This document shows positions 29,601 to 36,827 of a stretch of 43,887 nt of DNA, piece by piece. How positions within the stretch are numbered: the first letter of the stretch is position 1; every line of letters starts with the position of its first letter. The DNA is from Syntrophaceae bacterium (GTDB lineage Bacteria; Desulfobacterota; Syntrophia; Syntrophales; Smithellaceae): the NCBI GenBank assembly GCA_016928765.1, contig JAFGKC010000036.1:1-43887 (forward strand), written 5' to 3'. The position numbers were made by a program, and so were the translations under genes. Below the pieces are notes generated by a model. The model worked only from the letters and a program-made list of their open reading frames with translations, searched no databases and was not told the DNA's origin.

Positions 29601-32456
29601 AAAGGTATTCAGGTTGCGGCTCGCCAAATTTCCGGAAGGATTCCACTCCAGCAGCCGCTTATGTGAAACGTGCATTCGCCAGAGAGTACGCGCAATCGCG
29701 TCCAGGCTAAAAAATGCTTCATAGGGAAGGCAAACGAGGGTGTACAAAGTCTGAACAAAGTGCCTGCGGGCCTGACGCAGTGCTGTGAAAAAGTGTTGGT
29801 TCCATAAGACATCTCCCGGCTTGCGGAACAGTTCCAGAAGTATTTCGCCCGCGGGAGGAATAAGAAGAATGCCGATCACCAATATTGTCCATAACCAAAC
29901 CGGAGAAATGATGGCCCATCCCATAATTAACATCAAGGTCAAAGCCGCGGGAACCAGAGAGCGCCGGAGGTTGTCGAAAATCTTCCACTGGGAAAGCCAG
30001 GATATTTTATTTTTCTGCTGTCTGCCGTCTGCGGTGGGCACGGCCGATCTCAGCCAACTGGCAATTTGCCAGTCTCCGCGAATCCAGCGATGTCTGCGGT
30101 TCACATCTACGTGGTATTGAGAGGGGTATTCCTCGTATAGCTGAACATCAGAAAGCAAGCCCGAACGCGCATAACAACCTTCTATCAGATCATGGCTGAG
30201 TATCCGGTTTTCCGGGAAGCGGCCACCCAGAGCCTGCTCAAACGCATCGACATCATAAATGCCTTTACCTATGTATGAACCTTCACCAAAAACATCCTGG
30301 TAGATATTGGAAACAACGCGCGTATAAGGGTCAAAGCCGGTTTCACCCCCCCAGAGGCGCGCGTACCAAGATTTGCCGTCACCCGATAAGGTTTCGGCGA
30401 TACGCGGCTGAAGAATGCCGTAACCTTCACAAACGCGTTGCCGCGCTTCATCATAACGTGGACGATTCAGCGGATGGGCCATCGCCCCCACGAATTGCTG
30501 CGCGGAATCGCGAGGAAGTTGAGTATCCGTATCTAGCGTAATGACGTACTTCACATTAGATAATATTTCTGGAATACCAATGACGTGAGAGAAACAATCT
30601 TTTGCGCCGCCGCGCAGAAAAGCGTTCAGCTGGGCGATCTTTCCACGCTTGCGCTCATAACCCATCCAAATTTGCTCCTCGGGATTCCAGCTACGCGGAC
30701 GATGGAAGAGAAAGAAAGTTCCTCCTTTTGTGTCCCTATACTTATCATTTAGTTCTTCAATCCTCTTTTGAGCCAACTGAATCAGCTCATCGTCCGTGGA
30801 AGTTTTTTCTTCATGGGCATCGAGGAAGTCGGTTAGCAGGGCAAAATGCAGATTGTTATCCCGATTGGCCAAAAATCTTATTTCCAGTGATTCAACCAGG
30901 GCTTCTACGTTTTGAGCGGACGAAAGCATAGTCGGGATTACCACCAGCGTGCTTGATTCCGTAGGAATTTCCCTGGAAAAATCCATGCGCGGCAGCAGAT
31001 AAGGATGGGCGAAAAGCGTAGCCAGCCAGTTGATCAGAGCTACGGCGAGACTGCTTGCGCCCAGAATAAAAATAACAGCGATAGGCACAAGTATCCAGCC
31101 GTGCAAACTATGGTTTTGAACTTTTAGAAGTAAGCCGAAAGCCGTGATGAGAGTGATGGCCATGATGGCCGAAAGATATGTGAACAACGGAAACCTGGAA
31201 AAGATTTGACGGATGGACTCAGCGATGAGTTTGCGTACCTGAGCCCTTTGTTCAAGCTTGGGCAATCCCTTGTCGATTAGATAAAAACCAACATGAGTCT
31301 CCCGATCGCCATTTCTGCACGCGGATGAGGCTTGGCGTGATAAATCAATGGCTAAACGCGCCACGTCACTTTCGGAGAGGCGGCTTTTTTTTGCTATTTT
31401 TTCCACGGCGTGACGATAACGGTCTCTGGTGGTAAAATCCATTTTGATATAGACATCACATGGGTCTTCACGAAGAGTCTGTTCAACAACGCTCATTGTC
31501 TCCACAAACTCATGCCAGTTCATGGATGTCAGAAACCTCAGGCTGCCGATACTGTTACTCACAGATACCTGGTCGGCGGCCTGTTGCTGATTTTCGGAGC
31601 GGACCAGCTGTTCAATCGTCAAATGAGACTCGGCAAGCCGCTGCTCAATCCAGGTGATGGGCAGAGCCAGCGCCGGACTTTGTCCTTGCAAACGGCGCGT
31701 AAATTCCGCGACAAATGAACTTGTCATCGGTTGATCGGACCGTGCCATGTCGGCAATTACCAAAACGAGGCTTTTAGGATCGCTCCTCGCGATATTGGCC
31801 ATCTGGTTCGCCCAATAATCGGCGCGCTCCCTGTAGGCAATGCCAGCGGTAATTCGCGTTCCAATGCGCCTTAGATTTTCGATCAGCGCCAGCCGCAACA
31901 TAATCGGAATTGCCCACAACTCGCCCAATTTCAGAGGGGTTATTGTCTGGTAGGCCGTAACAAAGTTAATGAGACTTTCCATATCCACCCGTCCATCACC
32001 GTGAGAGATTGTCTCAAGGGCAATATCATATACACGGGGGAGCCCGGCCGATGGCCCGTTTTGCAGACGCGGCAATCCCCGGCTATAGCCTTTGGACAGG
32101 TGTCTTTTAGCCAGACGAATATGCTCTTCAATTAAGTAAAAGTTATCCAGAAGCCATTCTTCGGCAGGAGCTATTGTGCTGTTATCTTTAACCGCATCTG
32201 TCAGCTGGTTGCATGTTTTAATCAGAACATCTTCGTTGTTATGAAGCCGTGTCAGAAGCTGTTCCGAAGCCCTGGCACGAGTCAATTTATGCACATGCGC
32301 CAGCGCTTTGCCGCGCTGTTTCATCTGTTCGGAGCTTAGCAGTTCCGAGCGCAGCGGTAATTCATCAGTGGATTGTTTTTTTCCGAAAGCGCCGCCGGGA
32401 AAAGATTTTTTCAAGCCCGGCAATGTCGCTAAAGCTTTTTTATCGTTTAACTTCAA
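23694..32456 (-). CDS. cyclic beta-1,2-glucan synthase-like giant protein (NdvB/ChvB/Cgs family), 2920 aa
   Basis: TM segments flank a GT84-type domain (VITLDTDTQLPRD, GYGILQPR, SHDLIEG, RHRWIRGDWQ). The C-terminal region is GH94 / cellobiose-phosphorylase-like (GGAFGFRDQLQD, GTGDWNDGMN). TTG start preceded by GAGGAGG 8 nt upstream. Confidence 0.85.
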   Translation of the reverse strand: MKLNDKKALATLPGLKKSFPGGAFGKKQSTDELPLRSELLSSEQMKQRGKALAHVHKLTRARASEQLLTRLHNNEDVLIKTCNQLTDAVKDNSTIAPAEEWLLDNFYLIEEHIRLAKRHLSKGYSRGLPRLQNGPSAGLPRVYDIALETISHGDGRVDMESLINFVTAYQTITPLKLGELWAIPIMLRLALIENLRRIGTRITAGIAYRERADYWANQMANIARSDPKSLVLVIADMARSDQPMTSSFVAEFTRRLQGQSPALALPITWIEQRLAESHLTIEQLVRSENQQQAADQVSVSNSIGSLRFLTSMNWHEFVETMSVVEQTLREDPCDVYIKMDFTTRDRYRHAVEKIAKKSRLSESDVARLAIDLSRQASSACRNGDRETHVGFYLIDKGLPKLEQRAQVRKLIAESIRQIFSRFPLFTYLSAIMAITLITAFGLLLKVQNHSLHGWILVPIAVIFILGASSLAVALINWLATLFAHPYLLPRMDFSREIPTESSTLVVIPTMLSSAQNVEALVESLEIRFLANRDNNLHFALLTDFLDAHEEKTSTDDELIQLAQKRIEELNDKYRDTKGGTFFLFHRPRSWNPEEQIWMGYERKRGKIAQLNAFLRGGAKDCFSHVIGIPEILSNVKYVITLDTDTQLPRDSAQQFVGAMAHPLNRPRYDEARQRVCEGYGILQPRIAETLSGDGKSWYARLWGGETGFDPYTRVVSNIYQDVFGEGSYIGKGIYDVDAFEQALGGRFPENRILSHDLIEGCYARSGLLSDVQLYEEYPSQYHVDVNRRHRWIRGDWQIASWLRSAVPTADGRQQKNKISWLSQWKIFDNLRRSLVPAALTLMLIMGWAIISPVWLWTILVIGILLIPPAGEILLELFRKPGDVLWNQHFFTALRQARRHFVQTLYTLVCLPYEAFFSLDAIARTLWRMHVSHKRLLEWNPSGNLASRNLNTFAASCRSMWIAPLLSLALFIYLMMARPGALGAALFVLVLWFLSPGVTWWVSRPIASGVIKLKEEQMIFLRKIARKTWAFFETFVGPDDNWLPPDNYQEHPAAVIAHRTSPTNMGLALLANLSAYDFGYISLGDLIERTTDAFHTMGKLQRYRGHFYNWYDTQSLATLRPHYISTVDSGNLSGHLLTLRRGLIELPDQKICGFQWFNGIGDTITVLAEVAGAGAPKQLADFQKYLSSLPDPDKNMIKPLRRRLEDLANASIDLARAFDTNNDSDALWWVKTLVHQCSDALEEISFFCPWITLTPPSARLSEFLETMEIPTLRELITSKKKLKNVIESMLSINATAEEKAWFSDFRRMIKEGSQRALERITAIDRLAAQANDFADMDYSFLYDKGSHLLTIGYNTTERRRDASYYDLLASEARFCSFIGIAQGQLPQENWFALGRLLTNPGRYPVLLSWDGSMFEYLMPLLVMPTYESTLLDQTYTAAVRRQIDYGKSRGVPWGISESGYSTIDVHQNYQYRAFGVPGLGLKRGLSDDLVVAPYASALALMVAPEEACLNLQQLAREGMEGPYGFYEAIDYTSSRLPRGKSSVVVKSFMAHHQGMSLLALSHLLLDCPMQKRFASEPMFQSTMLLLQERIPRAVAFYRQISEDATIRKATITQEFPARIFNTPHTPVPKVQLLSNGRYHVMITNAGGGYSRWNNLAVTRWREDSTRDNWGTFCYIRDTTNGEFWSTAYQPTLKQPERYEAIFSDARVEFRRRDHEIDTHTQIAVSPEDDIELRRVRITNRSRKPRDLDITSYAEIVLAEPAADALHPAFANLFVQTEIIRERQTILCTRRPRSKDEPSRWMFHLMALHGKPNKDVSYETDRLKFIGRGNTLADPQAMRWSENILETLSNTQGSVLDPIAAIRCRVKLDAGESVMIDIVSGISETREQALGLSEKYHDQRLADRVFDLAWTHSQVVLHQINASEADAQLYGQLAGCVIYGNASLRADQKIIIKNRRGQSGLWGYAISGDLPIVLLQIGDHANIELVRQLEQAHAYWRLKGLAVDLMIWNEDNAIYRQFLHDQIKDMITAGREAKVVDKPGGIFLRPGDQISNEDRILLQTVARIVIKDNWGTLAEQISRRSLRETVVPRFKPTRAQYTGIRKTEEIPSSPLLFENGLGGFTPDGREYVITTKPGQVTPAPWANVLANPHFGTVVSESGSASTWKENAHEFRLTPWYNDPVSDLSGEAFYIRDEETGHFWSPAPLPCRSAIPYISRHGFGYSVFEHTEEGIRSELWIYVAIDAPVKFTVLKLRNDSGRSRSLSVTGYVEWVLGDLRSKTMMHVTTEVDTGSGALFARNAYNAEFADRVVFFDVDDKNRTITGDRTEFIGRNGALSAPAAMTRTQLSGKVGAALDPCGAIQVNLELDTGQVQETIFRLGVTGRRGADDASNTVKSFRGSTIAQGVLEAVQEYWRKTLGIIQIETPDVSVNVLANGWLLYQTIACRLWARNGYYQSGGAFGFRDQLQDTMALVYAVPALVRQHLLLCASRQFQDGDAQHWWHPPSGRGVRTRCSDDYLWLPLAVSRYIITTGDLSILDELVRFIDGRQVREDEDSYYDLPGIADETASLYDHCARAIKKGLRFGSHGLPLMGTGDWNDGMNKVGEGGQGESVWMGFFLYEILIKFAEIARLKSDMAFAELCHSQASKLRQSIEREGWDGQWYRRAYFDDGSLLGSATNMECRIDSIAQSWSVLSGAGTPERMRQAMESVDLLLVHRDKKLIQLLDPPFDKAEMEPGYIKGYVPGVRENGGQYTHAAIWAAMAFAALGDHQRLWDLLSIINPINHGLSPAQVAIYKVEPYVVASDVYAVSPHVGRGGWTWFTGSAAWMYRLILESLLGLSINMDKMSFKPCLPAHWNEFTILYTFRETSYKITVRQTDDSDEETSVTLDGFARPDRTIQLINDRQEHLVEVKIPAAGMDQSISLSE

Positions 32457-32529
32457 TGCTTGAACCTCCTCACTGGATGAAAAGCCGTCTATAGCCGGGT
32501 ATATTTTGTTTACGGGACGCGTTTATTTG

Positions 32530-32583
32530 TTTGGTTTGGTAAGCTGTATAATAAATACAGTACAAATCTGCTACCGAACCAAA
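32530..32583 (-). promoter_or_regulatory. nested inverted repeat upstream of the glucan synthase gene (possible operator or leader hairpin)
   Basis: TTTGGTTTGGTAAGC ... GCTACCGAACCAAA arms enclose TGTAT-AATAA-ATACA. The element lies 75-125 nt upstream of the TTG start and overlaps -10-like TATTAT/TATACA on the minus strand. Confidence 0.3.
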
Positions 32584-32919
32584 AATTATCAGCAACTGTT
32601 TGCCTTTTGAAAACAAAAAATTAAAACAGGGACATCGTGAAAAAAGAAAAATAACAAATATGGTGGAACGAAAAATGTCTTATAAACGTTTCGCTTTTAA
32701 TACATTAAATCGTTACAAAATTCAATGCCAATGTTATGTCCATTCCGGCGCAAGGTGCTATTCTGACACAAGTGAGGTTTATTATAGGGCTCAATCAACA
32801 CAAAATAATTAAAGAAATATCAGCATAAAAACCGGGTTTTGCTAAATAGGATTGACAAAGTAGGCTTAACCTTTGACCAAGCTTGATGTCACAGAACAAC
32901 AGAGTATCTTCTGCTTAGT

Positions 32920-32992
32920 TAGCATTAAAATATCGATTGCTTAGAAATTATCCTGCTCAAATTTTTTAAGCCGCGGATTGCGAGCGCTGTGA
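32920..32992. repeat. direct repeat, copy 2 (functional helicase 3' end plus downstream sequence)
   Basis: Partner of 22444-22518. Confidence 0.75.
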
Positions 32993-34246
32993 CCAAGATG
33001 ACCGGTTAGCATTGCCGAAGGAACGCTGTTTCGGTTTTCTTCTGGTTTGCATATGAGGAGCAAATGATTTTCTTCTGTTGATGGATTTCATATCAACCGT
33101 ATTTTTCTTAGATGAGCTATTGTGTATCTCGGAAGTTAATCCATCTACATTATGATATTGCAATTTTTCTCCGAGTATTCTTTTGAGGGAATGCGCGAGG
33201 CCCATGTCGTCTCCGGTCACAAAGGTAAAAGCGTCACCGGTTTTCGAGGCGCGCCCTGTTCTGCCGATGCGATGAGTATAGGCATCCGTGGTGGAAGGCA
33301 TATCATAATTAATGACATGCGATATGCGTGTCACGTCAATACCACGGGCGGCAATATCGGTGGCAACCATGATTTCGTAACGGCCATCACGGAAACCGTC
33401 CAGCGCTTGTTTGCGTTTCTGCTGGGTGAGATTTCCATGCAGTGAAATGACTTTGTGTCCCGATCTATCCAACTGCAGAGCTAAACTTTTTGCCCTTGAT
33501 TTTGTCCGCGTAAAAACCAGAACTGATTCCATTTCGGTCTTGTCCAGAATATCTTTGAGCAATGCTGTTTTAGTGCCCATCTGGACAGGGTAAAATCTAT
33601 GTGCCACCGTCATCACCGGCGCTGTGTGGCCGATTTGAATATTTACGGGATTGCGTAGAAGATCCATGGCCAGTTTACGCACATCGTCGGGCATTGTCGC
33701 GGAAAAAAGCAAGGTCTGTCGTTTTTCGGGAAGATGTTTTACGATTCTTCGAACATCCGGCAGAAAGCCCATATCAAACATATGATCCGCCTCATCGAGT
33801 ACCAAAACTTCCACATGGGACAAATCAACGGTGCCGCGTTCGATGTGATCAAGTAAACGGCCGGGGCAGGCGGAGATAATTTCCACATTACCGTGCAGTC
33901 TGTTGATCTGGTTATGAATGCTTACTCCGCCGTAAACAGCTGTACTGCGCAGCTTCGTTTTACGTCCCAGTTCTTTAATTGCTTCGAGGGTTTGCTCGCT
34001 TAACTCGCGTGTCGGAGCTATGATCAGGGCGCGGATATGGCCGAGCGGCTTTTCCATGAAACGCTGTAAAATCGGCAATACAAAGGCCGCGGTTTTTCCT
34101 GTTCCGGTCTGGGCAAGTCCCATAAGATCTCGGCCTTCCATGATCGGCGGGATTGCCTGTAGTTGAATCGGTGTCGGCTTTTGGTAACCAAGCATTCGCA
34201 CACCGGTCTGTATTTTTTCGTGTAACTCAAATTTCTGAAAACTCAT
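32966..34246 (-). CDS. DEAD-box ATP-dependent RNA helicase (RhlE-like)
   Basis: Q-motif region, AQTGTGKT, VLDEADHM (DEAD), SAT and HRIGRTGR, with a basic C-terminal tail. Confidence 0.92.
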   Translation of the reverse strand: MSFQKFELHEKIQTGVRMLGYQKPTPIQLQAIPPIMEGRDLMGLAQTGTGKTAAFVLPILQRFMEKPLGHIRALIIAPTRELSEQTLEAIKELGRKTKLRSTAVYGGVSIHNQINRLHGNVEIISACPGRLLDHIERGTVDLSHVEVLVLDEADHMFDMGFLPDVRRIVKHLPEKRQTLLFSATMPDDVRKLAMDLLRNPVNIQIGHTAPVMTVAHRFYPVQMGTKTALLKDILDKTEMESVLVFTRTKSRAKSLALQLDRSGHKVISLHGNLTQQKRKQALDGFRDGRYEIMVATDIAARGIDVTRISHVINYDMPSTTDAYTHRIGRTGRASKTGDAFTFVTGDDMGLAHSLKRILGEKLQYHNVDGLTSEIHNSSSKKNTVDMKSINRRKSFAPHMQTRRKPKQRSFGNANRSSWSQRSQSAA

Positions 34247-34623
34247 TTTTTATCCTTCATTTTTTGTATTTACCAGCTATCGGCATATTTGAACCCATCT
34301 CGAACCGTTGGGGCTGGTAAAGACACAACATTTCAAGCGCTTGTTTGCGCCAAAAATGCAGGCCACGAACACGGCATTAAATCTGGATTCTGTTTAGATT
34401 AGCGGAATTTTCCTGCGCAGATTTCTAATAAGAAAGGTGGGAAGGCAAATAACTATCGCAATCAATTGTGCGCTCTTGTACACGCATAACTGCCTAATAG
34501 CAAGGAATATCTTTATCCTAAATTGCTGTTTTTTTATTACGTTTAGAAAACCAGTTAACGCTAACTGTCATTTATTCAGTTCGCATTAAAATCATTATAC
34601 TCCTTGTGATAGTTAAGATTTTC

Positions 34624-34653
34624 TTGACATATGAGATAACTTCTGCGTTATGT
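34624..34653 (+). promoter_or_regulatory. candidate promoter for the NMO/FabK-like gene
   Basis: Perfect TTGACA, then an 18-nt spacer, then TTATGT. It is flanked by GATAAC / GTTATG half-site repeats. Confidence 0.3.
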
Positions 34654-34737
34654 ACGCAATATTGATAACTTAACCCACATAAAAATCATTATCTTTATTA
34701 TTCTAGCTGATAAAAAATGGTAACATAAAGGAGCGAA

Positions 34738-35865
34738 ATGAAAGAACTCAATATAAGGGGTCTAATAGCAAAAGTGCCTATTATTCAGGGCGGCATGGCC
34801 GTGGGAATTTCAAAACACAGGCTGGCTTCCGCGGTAGCCAATGCCGGAGGTATTGGTGTGATCGCCACAGCGGGAATCGCGCATTTGGCAGATGACGCAA
34901 GGACAAATTTTGTTGAAGCCAACAACAGGGTTTTTGCCGAAGAAATTAGAAAAGCAAAATCCCTTACCAAGGGAATCATCGGAGTTAATATAATGGCGGC
35001 GCTTTCCAATTATGCCTCGCTGGCGAAAGTGGCCATTAAAGAGAAAGCTGATATCATTTTTTCGGGAGCCGGATTGCCCTTAAGCCTTCCTTCGTTTTTG
35101 CCGGAAGGAAACATCAGCACAAAACTTGTACCTATCGTTTCTTCGGCGAAGGCTTTAGCGCTGATCGCGCGCCGCTGGATCGGTAAATTTAACTATGTTC
35201 CAGACGCGGTGGTGATCGAAGGCCCATTAGCCGGCGGGCATTTGGGTTTCAAAAAAGAGGATATTTTTAATGAAGAGTATTCCCTGGAGAAACTGGTTCC
35301 TGAGGTTGTGGCACAGGCAAAAGAACTGGAAGATAAACACGGTAAGCCTGTTCCGGTAATTGCCGCCGGCGGTATTTATTCCGGCGCGGACATCCGGAAA
35401 TTTATTGAAATGGGAGCATCCGGTGTGCAGATGGCCACGCGTTTTGTGGCGACGCATGAATGTGACGGCTCCGATGAAATAAAAAACGCCTTTGTCAACG
35501 CTAAAAAAGAAGACATTGTTATTATAGAAAGCCCGGTGGGAATGCCCGGAAGAGCTATTCGAAATCAATTTCTTGATGATGTGGCGGATGGCCGCAAAAA
35601 ACCTTTTAAGTGCCCTTTTCATTGCATCATAACCTGCAACATGAAAGATGCGCCTTATTGCATTGCCAATGCTTTATGTAACGCCACGGAAGGTAAGCTC
35701 TCAGAAGGATTTGCCTTCGCGGGCGAAAATGTCTGGCGGGTCGATAAGATTGTTCATGTGAGCGAACTCATGCAGTCATTGCAGGATGAATATGCTGAAG
35801 CGAAAAAGAATAATCAAAAAATTGCCGCAACGGTTCGTCCACAAGAACATAGATTATTCAGTTAG
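34738..35865 (+). CDS. nitronate monooxygenase / FabK-like FMN-dependent oxidoreductase (NPD family) with a C-terminal Cys cluster
   Basis: IIQGGMAVGIS...LA.AV.NAGGIGVIA, GPLAGGH and AAGGI motifs. There is an extra CPFHCIITCNMKDAPYC segment. Confidence 0.75.
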   Translation: MKELNIRGLIAKVPIIQGGMAVGISKHRLASAVANAGGIGVIATAGIAHLADDARTNFVEANNRVFAEEIRKAKSLTKGIIGVNIMAALSNYASLAKVAIKEKADIIFSGAGLPLSLPSFLPEGNISTKLVPIVSSAKALALIARRWIGKFNYVPDAVVIEGPLAGGHLGFKKEDIFNEEYSLEKLVPEVVAQAKELEDKHGKPVPVIAAGGIYSGADIRKFIEMGASGVQMATRFVATHECDGSDEIKNAFVNAKKEDIVIIESPVGMPGRAIRNQFLDDVADGRKKPFKCPFHCIITCNMKDAPYCIANALCNATEGKLSEGFAFAGENVWRVDKIVHVSELMQSLQDEYAEAKKNNQKIAATVRPQEHRLFS

Positions 35866-36715
35866 CATTGAAGGTATCGCACGCCTGGAAATTGCCCTGT
35901 TCAAATCCGCGTTTGAACCAACTCATGCGTTGTGCCGAACTGCCGTGCGTAAATGAATCGGGCACCACATAGCCCTGTGTCTTTTTCTGGATGCGGTCAT
36001 CGCCCACAGCGCTCGCGGCATTTATCCCTTCTTCCAGATCGCCTTCTTCCAGAATATCGCGTTTTTTCTGAGCGTGATGCGCCCACATTCCGGCAAAACA
36101 ATCAGCCTGTAATTCCAGCATCACATTTAATTTATTTTTGTCTGAAGTGTTGGAGCGCGCCTGAAGCTGAGTTACTTTTTGAATAATTCCCAGTTGCGTT
36201 TGCACGTGGTGGCCTATCTCATGGGCGATAACATAAGCCTGCGCGAAATCGCCGGAAGCGCCGAAGCGTGAGTGCAGCTCATTGAAAAATGCCAGATCGA
36301 GATAAACTTTCTGATCACCCGGGCAGTAAAAAGGCCCTGTAGCGGATTGAGCAAAGCCACAGGCGGAATCCACCGCGCCGGAAAATAAAACCAACCTCGG
36401 TTCCTGATAAGTCCGGCCCGCTTTATTAAATTGCTCATTCCAGACATCTTCTGTTTCCGCAAGTACCACAGCGACAAAATTGCGCATGTCATCATTAGCG
36501 GCAGGTTGAGCGCTTTCCTCAATGGTAGTAGATGAAGGCAGGCTCTGACCGACCTGCTGCAAGATCATAGTGGGATCTACGCCGAATAACAGACTGACAA
36601 CAACAATCGCCACCAGCCCCAGGCCGCTTATTCCTCCCACTTTCGCGCCGCGTGAAACAGACATCCCGCGCCGGTCTTCCACATTATCGCTTTGCCTTTC
36701 ACCTCTCCAACGCAT
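35858..36715 (-). CDS. ypfJ: YpfJ-family neutral zinc metallopeptidase
   Basis: N-terminal MRWRGERQSDNVEDRRG, one TM segment and the HEIGHH zinc motif. Confidence 0.85.
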   Translation of the reverse strand: MRWRGERQSDNVEDRRGMSVSRGAKVGGISGLGLVAIVVVSLLFGVDPTMILQQVGQSLPSSTTIEESAQPAANDDMRNFVAVVLAETEDVWNEQFNKAGRTYQEPRLVLFSGAVDSACGFAQSATGPFYCPGDQKVYLDLAFFNELHSRFGASGDFAQAYVIAHEIGHHVQTQLGIIQKVTQLQARSNTSDKNKLNVMLELQADCFAGMWAHHAQKKRDILEEGDLEEGINAASAVGDDRIQKKTQGYVVPDSFTHGSSAQRMSWFKRGFEQGNFQACDTFNAN

Positions 36716-36827
36716 GTTATTGCCTCCTTGAAATTAAAAGTTTATTATTCGCACAAAATTATTTGGAGATTCTAAGCCAACATCTTGAAACCTGCAACTG
36801 GTAATTATTAGAAAATAACCGTTGTCA

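Noticed and set aside
23715-32494. Many 60-122-aa ORFs on both strands inside the glucan synthase gene, and similar ones inside carB, lon, prfC, typA, pfk, the helicase gene and the acyl-CoA dehydrogenase gene.
   Set aside because: They are nested within or antisense to long ORFs with strong family motifs. They are typical shadow ORFs of GC-moderate coding DNA.
32600-32812. 70-aa plus-strand ORF in the AT-rich spacer upstream of the glucan synthase gene.
   Set aside because: It starts at a TTG with no Shine-Dalgarno sequence, its Lys/Asn-rich translation is typical of AT-rich non-coding DNA, and it has no recognisable motif.
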